DNA from: Ylistrum balloti
Taxonomy: Eukaryota
NCBI RefSeq assembly: GCF_031769215.1
Contig: NW_026782756.1
Coordinates: 186,001 to 250,000 of the forward strand
Direction of reading: 5' to 3'
DNA length: 64,000 bases
Positions 50,201 to 62,200 of the stretch are shown one piece after another; the stretch's first letter is position 1; each line of letters opens with the position of its first letter. A model generated the notes under the pieces. It saw only the letters and a list, made by a program, of their open reading frames with translations. It had not been told where the DNA came from and did no database searches. Both the position numbers and the translations under genes were made by a program.

Positions 50201-53200
50201 GGCATGTTTATGCGTATAGATCTGAAGTCACTATGGGGAGTTGTGTTTTTAGAATATTTTCTAGTGTTGGTTGGAATATTTGGTTGATTAATAGAGAAAA
50301 CTTACACAATGAGATTCAGACATAATTCTATTTATACCGTGAAACTTGTATGTCAGACCAACCGTCTGTAAGTTACCTGTTGAAAGTTACTACCAGTCTA
50401 AAGTTACAAAGTGTCTTTATCTACTACCTGTCTTATAAATATCACCAGTCTGTATCTTTTGGTATGTCTTTATCACTTCTCTAAATCTATCAACTTTCTA
50501 TATCTATCATCATTCTAAATCACCTGTCTTTATAAATTACCTGTCTATACATACCACCTGTCACATGACTACATCTGTCATCTTTCTACACCTGTCATCT
50601 GTCTATATCTATCGTCAGTCTAAATCACCGTCTTTATAAATTACCTGTCTATATCTATCACTTGTCTATATTATATTACCTGTCTTTAACTGTCACCTGA
50701 CTACATCTATCAGTTGTCTACATCTATCACCTGTCTACATCTATCATCTGTCTTCACCTATCATCTGTCTATATCTATCACCTGTCTACATCTATCATCT
50801 GTCTACATCTATCACCTGTCTACATCTATCATCTGTCTACATCTATAACCTGTCTAAATCTTCCACCTGTCTACATCTATCATCTGTCTACATCTATCAT
50901 CTGTCTAAATCTTCCACCTGTCTACATATATTACCTATCTACATCTATTACCTGTCTATATTTATAATCTGCCTATGTCTATTGTCTGTCAACATCTATC
51001 ATCTGTCTATAACTACTGCCTGTCTGTCTCAATTCTCTGTTTATCTCCACCTCAAGTTTGTAGATACAGTGTACATTGTTATAGAAATTTTAAAAATAAC
51101 TCTATTGACTATAGATCACTTGTCGACTTATTTGTTGAGACTGATTTTACTGTCCTTAAAGGATTGATAGAGACATGTTTTACACTGTCATACCAAGCAG
51201 TAGGTCTAGAGGATTAACTGGTAACTTTGTTTACATGTACAATGATCAGTAATCTCTATTTACCAGTAATGAAGTATAAGGTGATAGTCCAGACCGGAAA
51301 TGAGATTGGTTCAGAAACAGATGCTACTGTCTACTTCAACCTGTTTGGAGATGATGGAGACATAGGAAAACGTCTCCTGCTTAATTCCAGCAATAGGCAG
51401 AGATTCCGACGTAGTCAGGTCAGTTCTCAGTTTGTCTCTTGTTGCTTCCTTAAACCCATATATTCAGTACCTTTTATTCAAATTAGATATTCAAGATCAG
51501 TGTTACAATTATCTAAACAACAAGTTCAAGATTCATAATTTAAGGAATTTTTTTCTTCTTCCTCAAAATTCAAAAGAACAAACTAGAATACATTGGAACT
51601 ATAATAAAATCTTTTGACTGATGTTATTTCAGGTTGATGTGTTTGAGCTGGAGGCAGTTTCGATTGGTCGTCCACAGCGGTGCATTGTAGGTCATGAAGA
51701 GACAGCTGATGGTAAGGGATGGTACTTAGACCAGGTTGTAGTACAGGAGGGAGATGATGCACAGGAGAAGTACATCTTTGAATGTGACAGGTATGTAACT
51801 TACCCAGACTTGTTTCTATCATGTGCAATGTAAGGTTAACCAAGGTTACCAGGAGCAACCAAGGGTCATGTAGGGCTACCCAGGGTTATACAGGGCAACC
51901 AAGACTTGTGTAGTACTACCAAGGGTTGTGTAAGGCTACCTAGGGTTATACAGGGCAACCTAGACTTGTGTAGTACTACCAAGGGTTGTGTAAGGCTACC
52001 TAGGGTTATACAGGGCAACCTAGACTTGTGTAGTACTACCAAGGGTTGTGTAGGGCTACCCAGTGTTATACAGGGCAACCTAGACTTGTGTAGTACTACC
52101 AAGGGTTGTGTAGGGCTACCCAGGGTTATACAGGGCAACCTGGACTTGTGTAGTACTACCAAGGGTTGTGTAGGGCTACCTAGGGTATTGAAGAGATACT
52201 CATTGCTGTAAGAGGTTAACTAGTATTGTTTGAGGATGCATAGGATTGTTTCAAGATATCTAGGGCAATGTAAGTAAAACCTGGGGCTCCATGGGGCCAA
52301 CTGTTGTATGGGGAACTTAGTGATGTGTGGGGCTAACTAATATTGCTTGAGGCTATTTGGATTCATTGGAATATGAAAGGTTGCCAAAGGTTGTGATGTG
52401 TGGGGCTAACTAATATTGTGTGAGGCTTTTTGGATTCATTGGGATGTGAAGGTTGCCAAGGGTTGTGTAGGTCTATCTTGGGTTATGGTGGGGGTTAATA
52501 GGGCTGTAAAGGATCCCTTTGGGATGTATTGGGCTATGTAGAGCTTAGTGATGCTCCTCATGGCTATGTGGGACTACTAGTATTGCTTAAGGTTATCTAG
52601 AGTTGTGTTATGATTACTTGGGTTGTAAAAGGTTGTCAAGGGTTGTGTAGGTCTACCTAGGCATTTGTTGGGCCAACCTTATGCTGCCAAAGGTAACCTA
52701 GGGTTGTGTCGGGCTATCTAGGGCTATATGGTGCTGCCAAGGGCAGTGAAGGCTCTCTGCTTCTATCATTATTTGTGTCAAGAAATCATGTATGTGTTGA
52801 TGAGTATTAATGTCTAATCGATTAAGAACAGTGCTAGTATTACTGTAATGTCATATTCTCTCTACTACACTGAGGATTTTCTTTTTGTTGTAGGTGGTTG
52901 GACACTGGTCAAGAAGATCGCCGTATAGAGAGGACACTTACACTCAAGGGTAGGTGATGGTGTTCAATCACGTCGTACTTACCAACTGCTCATCTAACCG
53001 TGTTTTGGGCGTGGTTTGAAAACTGGGAGCATGTGATGGGTGGGTGTATCTGAGATGTTTGCTGAGTGTGTGTCTGGGTGGTGGAAAGGAGGGGATGAGG
53101 TGGGTGGAAGGGCGTAGATAGGGTGGGGTGGTGGGATGGGGTGGGGGGTGGAGGGGTCTGCATGCTGGTCCATCTGTTAAATTGACAGAATCTACCTGAC

Positions 53201-56200
53201 AGAATTTACCTTCCCCTGTAATATGTGTCACAAGCCAAACAAGAATGACCATATAGAATAATATTCGTTCATGTACTTTTGTTGCCATCAAAATGAAAAA
53301 ATATAAACAACTGAAGGTATTATGTTACCAACAAATCTCAAAACATTTACATACTGCCCAGTTCTGATGACTGGATCAGAACTGTGAGAGAAAATAATTA
53401 TCAGTTTGTTAAATGAATTACGGTGGCCATATTTTTAGATACGCATCCTATGTTTCACATTGTTTTGTACAGATTTATTTCTTAGCTGTTATGTTAACTG
53501 GAACATTGCTTTTTTACTTTGCATTTGTTAAGTATGGGTATATTTACTTGTTGATGACCTAATGCACATGTTGACATTTATCTCATAAATTTATTCTTTT
53601 CCTTTAACGGATCATACGTGTAAGATATTTTACGTTAACTGATGCCTAAAGATTGTTTTCTTTTCGTCGTTTTTTGGCTTAATGTTGGTGTATAGCTGTA
53701 TGGAATCTCATTCGTATGCTGATTTGTGACTGGTATATCATTATCTATTGTGGCATGTTAACGTTTGTATGCTTGATCGTTATATTGCACAACTTATTTT
53801 AGCTTATTTACAATCAGCTGATAGATATACATTAGTTTTTATAACTTATTTATTACATACTGTTATATTTATAACTCAATATATAGACATTAAATATTTT
53901 TATATTTAATTCTGCCTTAAATTTACTATTTATATACTATTTTTTAAATTTACCTGAGACTTCTTGTATGAAGGAAAAAGAAAATGCTGCTTTTCATAAG
54001 AACGTTGAATTTGGAAGCAGTCACTATAAAAACCCAAGGTGATGAGATTTTAAGAAAAATTGTGTCTAAAAACACAGATGTAGATCAGTGAAATTAATAA
54101 GCTTTTCACTTTAAAGACATGTATTCCAGAGTTTGAAGATTTTTCAGTTGTTATGTGTAGACTTTTGGTGTTGGGTAATTTTGTCTTCCATAGCTATTGT
54201 TGTTTGGAATATTCAACCAAAGTCTTTTAGGTTTGAATATGACAATGATAAAAACTGCCTTGTATTGTGTCTCTGTTTTAGAAATTACATGATGTATGGA
54301 GAACTAGGACAAAGCTCTACAGCTAGTTATAGTGAATAGATTAACCTGGTAGTGATAGAAAATGGGATGAATTCATTAGGAGCCTAACACATAGCTATAA
54401 GACAAGTTTTGGTACAGTTAACAGCCCAACATTAATATCATCTATTTAAAGATCAGGATTAATATTAACTGTATAGTTTGACAAAAGACATTGGTAGACA
54501 TATTTGATATTGCTGAAACTGTGATTTAGAATCACCTAAATAGTACAGATCTGGTAGCTGAGAGTTTAATAGTCAGGAGGTCACTTTGTCACTTGTAGGG
54601 GCTCAGATGTGTAGTCTACATGATTACAAGAAGTTAGTAAAAAGATATACAGAAATCCTATTTTGTATTCATCTGTCTGTCCATCTGTTTTGTAACCCAT
54701 TTTGTGCACATGATAAGTACGGTACCTGAAGTAGAAGTGTGCTTGTGACATTTAGTCTTCTCTTTGCCAATTTTCTGAGGATTCCTCGTCGTTTTCTTAG
54801 ATACTACTACCCTCTAATTCCATTCTACTTAATCTCTGTGCATGTTTTGAGTACCCAAACATTAAGTGTCTCTTGATTTACTTTCGATTTTGATGATTTT
54901 CTTTGAAATTATGACCCTTTCATGATTTCCTTACATAAATCTTCATATGGGAGCACTGTTGGTCACACTATTGTTTTTTGTCATATATTTTCATAGTATG
55001 AGGAATTTAAAACGCATACATAGGCAAGGTCTCAATTTTTTCTAGTTTGTTGATCATTTTTAAGTCCTTATTAAGTTTGGAACATTTACATTTTAAACCT
55101 ACTGTAACGTGTATTTGAATAACAAGGCTAAATATTTCAACTGTGTATATTCTGTTTTGGATTATGACATGAGAATCTGGATGAAGCTTGTGCTTGTAGT
55201 AATAGAACAGAATACTCCCGCAATTTCTGTGCTGCACCAAAATGACAAAATAACAACAATTCTGTTTTTTTTTTATATTATTTTCAACATAAATAAATAT
55301 TTGATTTGTCTGCAATCCCGTACTGATCCCAATGTTTGATATTTGATCAATGATTTGAAAACAGTTGCTTGTTTTTAGGAAAAAAGATAATATTTAAATA
55401 TAGATCTGAAGGGAATTCATCATTTTTTAATAACCGTTTTTCCTGTAGTAGATATAAACAACCTGTAAACATAACTCCACATGTGGCTCACTTTATCAGG
55501 ATGATTTTGTTGAATTGTTTGAGTTGGTAAAGTGACACTTTAAGAGTACATGTATGTTTTATGACAGTGTGGTTTAGATAACAGGAATGGGTTTATATTT
55601 GTTGAGGTTTTGTTTTAACAGAAAATCTAACAATACCTCATAAATCATGGAGTGATTTTAACCAGCTGAATAAATAAACCTGGTGAGAATAACTCATGTA
55701 CATACTGCTGTACTGCTTTCCAGACTGGTGCTCTTCCTTCATACTGCAGTCATACACATTTTTGTGGAAATATTATTTTGGCATATTTTCGTTAATAGTC
55801 TAATGCTTGAGCATTGATAACACTTCAGGATTAGTATACCAGGTATGACTGTCATCTCAAGTAATTTGTCATCTGTTATTAGGATGGGTTAATGGGGAGA
55901 TAGGTGAGGAGTTTGTGGTGAGGTTAGAACGCCACACACCCTCAACACTGACCACTGACTCATGTGTGCTAAAATAATATTTACACTAATATTTGTATGG
56001 TAATGGTATAGAATTGTGATTTCTGCTGACCTGTAACCAAAGATGTAATTTATGATATTTATAGTACAGAGAAAAATAAAGATTAGATGAAGAATTGTTT
56101 GTACTTGTTTTTTCCTTGTAGTATAGTTCTATTTCTATCTTTACACAGATTCTCAGGTTACTGGTAAGATAAATACCATCAGATGATAATGTTTGGGCTG

Positions 56201-59200
56201 ATGTTTTGGTATACTATTAACAGTGCTTTCTGTGAAATTCAACCTTTTGCATTTTAATCAATTCAGTCTAACGTTTTGACTGGAAATTTATATAGAATTT
56301 TTGATATTTTGGAAAACAAATTTTTTTTTTCCTTTTTTTTATTTAGCTCACAAGAGGTATTTACAATGATTTAACAATACTTTTGTATGATGTAAAATTT
56401 TAGTCAATACAAAACTGCATTGTTTGACTGCCTATTCCATAAAAAAAGCAGCAAACATCATTCATGTCACAGTAAATCAATGTCAGACAAACATGAAGTG
56501 ATGGTCCTTTCATCAACTATTTCCTGAAAAATTATTGATTGAGATTCAATTACGCTTATCATTCATTAAAGGGTGGTAGTTTCTACAGTAAATGTCCTTT
56601 ACTTTGTTTCAAAAGTGTATTTTATCTGTATACAAGGGAGAGGGAGAAAACAAATCAGATGGAAATACACTTTTATATTTTGGTTTTAGCTGGAAGGAGA
56701 AACAAAATTCAAAACGAGACATGAACGGTTGAAATATTTAAAATTGTGTATTTCCTATTTAATGCAGCTGAAATTAAGGACATTTACCGTAGACGTAAAA
56801 GGTTAATCAATTTGAAAAATTGCACATATACCCATCATGATTGTTACAAGAACAGTGTAAAAGTGTTGCCTAGAAATTGAGGGTCTAGAGGAGAGAGTAT
56901 GTGTACTAGAGTGAGGTATATATGGTGTCCGAAGGTGTGGATTATTTACTTCCAGTATTTGATTGTGTTGACTGATTGTACACTTTCATTTATAGACCCT
57001 TGATCATTGAAGCTTGGGTTGAAAGTACTTATGTCCTTTATGAGACAAATTAAAATGTTTGATGTGTTGGATTTCATTGATTCATGCCATATAGGGTGAT
57101 GTAAAAAAAACTTTTGATGTTTTTTATGTGTGGTTTTTATTTTGCTCCATGTTATATTTGTGATATTGTTATTTAGATATTGTCAATTCTTCTTTTTCAG
57201 ATCTAAAATTACAACATACTTAGCTTTAGTACATTATTTAGTTTACTAAATTAACAAGTAGAAAACATAATAGGATTATACACTTGCTTATAACAGAGAT
57301 CAGGTATCAAACTAACCATTTATATAAAAACAATCTCTGTATTTTGTGTTGTGGGCTGTGTACAAACCATAAGTAATAAACACTTACTGGTTTTATGTAT
57401 ATAACCATTTATTTTTCAGCAAATCATTTCTGTACTAGTTTATTTAATTCTCTTTAATTCAATTGAGAGTTGGAATTAATAGGTAAGCAAATTATACCTG
57501 GCTTGCTCTACTGGATATTTACACAAGTTTTGGTGTTGAGAGTAAATGTGATCCAAGTGATCACGATATCCATTCCAGTAAGTTTTTATTTGGCACCTGT
57601 AGGTTTTCTAGTCTTGCGGCGCCTTTTGTAAAAACAGGCCTAATATACATACTCATTGTTGAGATATATAAATAGGCTTTGAAAGGCAATAGAAAAGTCC
57701 TTGTTGAGTTAAATAGCTTGGAAACCTTTATCTGGCAGTGTTAACATGTGGCAGTGAGATATAGATAGGGTAAATACAACGGAAATGGATTAAGTGGGGG
57801 TCTGGAGGAGAAGTATACCACACTGATATACCCGAACTATAACATAGACATGATTTACATTTAAATTAAAAATTATTCACGGTTCACCTCATGACTTCAC
57901 AGTCCAGAAATGATCAATCATTCTTACCTAAATTTTACAAACATCAAAAGGTATACATAATTGATATATCCCTGCAATAAATGTTGATCATTCAAATTTT
58001 ATTGAAATTATCAAAAATGAAGAAAATTTACTACATTATATTGTCAAGGAATATTGATTGTTGACTGCTTGAAGTTGTTATCATAACTTTCTAAATAAGT
58101 CCATTGGCTTTTATTTACAATAGTATCACTAGTCAGACAAATTAAATACCCAGGTGAGATATACCTCAACTCCTGACCTCTAAATACCAAGAAGTGATTG
58201 TATTGGATGTAATCTTTATTTACTTAATGGGGTTTAAATTTATATCGTTATGTTAATGTTTATTTGGAATGTTTTACAACATGGAGAAGTTAAGTAGGAT
58301 TAAGTATTAATTGACACACAGCACGACAGTTAGCATGGGTATCATGTGTCGAAATTGACCTTGTACACATAATTACATTGAATAAACATTTATAATGTTC
58401 TGAAAACTATTGTAACAAGCAACTGAATGTTTCACTTGCCATTCATCAACGTGAAAGGACTTGATTCCCAAATCAATTGTAAAAAGTCATTGATTCCAGT
58501 TTTCTCCAATACACCTCAAATCTCTATCTACATTACATTTCCTCCAATAGACCTCAGATCTCTACCTACATTACATTTCCTCCAATAGACCTCAGATCTC
58601 TACCTACATTACACCTACATTACATTTCCTCCAATAGACCTCAGATCTCTACACTACCTACATTACATTTCTCCAATAGACATTCTAGTTTACATTTCCT
58701 CCAATAGACCATTACATTATAGACCTCAGATCTCTTCCTACATTACATTTCCTCCAATAGACCTCAGATCTCTACCTACATTACATTTCCTCCAATAGAC
58801 CTCAGATCTCTACCTACATTACATTTCCTCCAATAGACCTTAGATCTGTACCTACATTCGAGTTTCCTCCAATAGACCTCAGATCTCTACCTACATTACA
58901 TTTCCTCCAATAGACCTCAGATCTCTACCTACATTACATTTCCTCCAATAGACCTCAGATTACTACCTACATTACATTTCCTCCAATAGACCTCAGATCT
59001 CTACCTACAATACGTTTCCTCCAATAGACCTCACATCTCTTCCTACATTACATTTCCTCCAATACACCTCAGATGTCTTCCTACATTACATTTTCTCCAA
59101 TAGACCTCAGATCTCTTCCTACATTACAATATCTCCAATAGACCTCAGATCACTACCTACATTACATTTCCTCCAATAGACCTCAGATCTCTACCTACAT

Positions 59201-62200
59201 TACATTTCCTCCAATAGACCTCAGATCTCTACCTACATTACATTTCCTCCAATAGACCTCAGATCTCTACCTACATTACATTTCCTCCAATAGACCTCAG
59301 ATCTCTCCCTACATTCGAGTTTCCTCCAATAGACCTCAGATCTCTTCCTACATTACATTTCCTCCAATACACCTCAGATCTCTTCCTACATTACATTTCC
59401 TCCAATACACCTCAGATCTCTTCCTACATTACAATATCTCCAATACACCTCAGATCACTACCTACATTACATTTCCTCCAATACACCTCAGATCTCTTCC
59501 TACATTACATTTCCTCCAATACACCTCAGATCTCTTCCTACATTACATTTTCTCCAATAGACCTCAGATCTCTTCCTACATTACAATATCTCCAATACAC
59601 CTCAGATCTCTTCCTACATTACAATATCTCCAATACACCTCAGATCACTACCTACATTACATTTCCTCCAATAGACCTCAGATCTCTCCCTACATTCGAG
59701 TTTCCTCCAATAGACCTCAGATCTCTTCCTTCATTACATTTCCTCCAATAGACCTCAGATCTCTACCTACGTTACCTTTAACTCCAATAGACCTCAGATC
59801 TCTTCCTTCATTACATTTCCTCCAATAGACCTCAGATCTCTACCTACATTACCTTTAACTCCAATAGACCTCAGATCTCTTCCTACATTACATTTCCTCC
59901 AATAGACCTCAGATCTCTACCTACATTACATTTCCTCCAATACACCTCAGATCTCTTCCTATATTGGTCCCAGAGGGATGATAAGTTGGTAGAAAGTTAT
60001 TTCCCTATTATTGTGACAATTATTGTAAAATAGATAACTTATATTTATCATATGATAAACCAATGGGGCCAACACATTACTTCTTTCTCAAAGATGAAGG
60101 ATAGGATTATTACAGAAAATTGTTAACATTTTATTACATGAACCATCTGTTATCCTTGTAATATTTTGGGTATAACTTGCCAGTGTGATAAGCATTTTTC
60201 ATTGATTGTGCCAGTCAATAATCAACTGTGATGTCATATTATGGACAATGACATTATGTCATATATATTGAAAAGGCACAAGAAAATGGCTGCCTTCATT
60301 AAATTGTAAATTTTTACTTTAAAATCTGTCAAAATTTTACTCGTCTTAGCTATATGGAAAAGATTTTTTTTTTCTTTTCATGTGAGATTTTATGATCGTG
60401 CATAAATAAAAACTTCTAAGACGCATTCAATAAAATCTCATGAAATGAAAGTTCATTTAAAATCACATGTATATTGGTTTGAAGAGCAACATGCTTGGAT
60501 AGGTCTATTGCATGGATTTTTATCACATATATATGATAAGTTATTAAGATTTTAAGCTTTTGTCTATTTGTGTACATGTCTATTTATACAGCTGTAGCAT
60601 GACATTCCTGCACTTATACTAGGTGATATAAATTTCACTTGAATATACAAAAAATACAATGGACAGTAGAATAATCATATAGCTATTATGTCTTTGATAT
60701 ATTTCAATGGTAATAAATTTATCTTTGGTGTATGTCATTGGTGAAATATTACCTTATCTGCAATATATTTCAGAGGTGAAACCTGTCGTCAGATTAGAAA
60801 GTGTAGCTGAGACAGCAGAGGAAGAGGAACTAGAACAGGAAGAAATTCACCCTGAGACTTTCCGAGGTAAAAAATTATCACCAGTTATGTCCCTTTATAA
60901 CACTTAAGTATTCTTTGGAGGAATATTGATTGTTTTATTTGAATATGTGTTGTTAACTTTGTTACATATGTTTTATCAGTAATTATGCATCAAGAATGTT
61001 TGTGTACCAGGTAATTTGCTTCTGTCTACTGTTGATATTCTGTTACAATCAGATGGAGACTGGCGGCTGTACCTTACCACAGGGTCTGATGCTGTTATGG
61101 GCACTACCAACAGTGTCTCCCTCTATGTTTATGGGACCAATGGTGTGATTGGGCCAATCTCTCTCGGTCAGGATGATGAGGAGCCTCACTTTGGTGCTGG
61201 AACAACTGATGAGTTTAAGGTACGCTCAGTTTGTAACCAATAAGATGAGTTCAGTCAACTGCTCTGTATATAAGCTTATTAAATGTTATAATTTTTAATT
61301 GGTTAATTAATGGCACATATACAAAGTACACAAAAAATGATGACACTGTAGATATACATAACATGAGCTGTGGTAGGGGAGATAATTTAAGCTCAGATAG
61401 GTGTATGTAAGTATTTGAAATAAGCGGGAATATACTTACAGGTGTTTATAGGACCTGATCTAGGAGACCTTTACAAACTGAGGATTGGCCATGATGACAA
61501 GGATAGCAAGTCAGGATGGTTCCTTCAAACGGTCAGTATCTCATGACAACTTTACAGATTCTATACATGTTTATCACTTCAATAACTTACTTGCAGATAC
61601 AACTAGGAATTCATTATGGTAATTGTATGTACTAATATTTGTCATTGTATCACATGACAGATTTAATTTCATCACATGACAGATTTAATTTCATCACATG
61701 ACAGATTTAATTTCATCACATGACAGGTTTAATTTCATCACATGAAAATATCTTTTTTATAGATGAAAATGAAGAACATCAGGACAAGTGAAGAACATGT
61801 GTTTAAGGTACATCGATGGATGTCTAGGTCACGTGATGATCGTGATGTATGTCGGGAAATCCCTGTGTCCACCAATGGCAAGCCACTATTACCAGGTGGG
61901 TACATCCCTATAGTAGTACTGTATGTGGAATAATGTGCATGGTGTGAGGGCGGCTTACTGCTTCCTCAACAGTGTGAGGCAGGGCTGGGGGTCTTCTTTT
62001 ATCTGGTGAGATTTCACAGCAGTATACTTTACTGTGTAACCATTACACTGCCAGTTTGTTAGCTTTGCATGTTTCACAGATGGATGCTTACTGATAAAGA
62101 AAATAAAACTTTGCATCGGTATTTTGTTCTTTCTGAATCATACTTAATGGACAATTTCCCTTAACTTTAAGATTTATATAAATCAATCTTTGAAATTTTG

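Noticed and set aside
51866-52211. ORFs on both strands with a 20-aa repeat
   Set aside because: The 60-bp unit is a multiple of 3 and stays open by chance; the region is intronic.
52968-53291. 107-aa Pro-rich minus-strand ORF
   Set aside because: Antisense translation of the G-rich intronic tract.
55829-55842. 14-nt exon-like segment (CAG|...|GTATGA)
   Set aside because: Not a multiple of 3, with a poor acceptor context.
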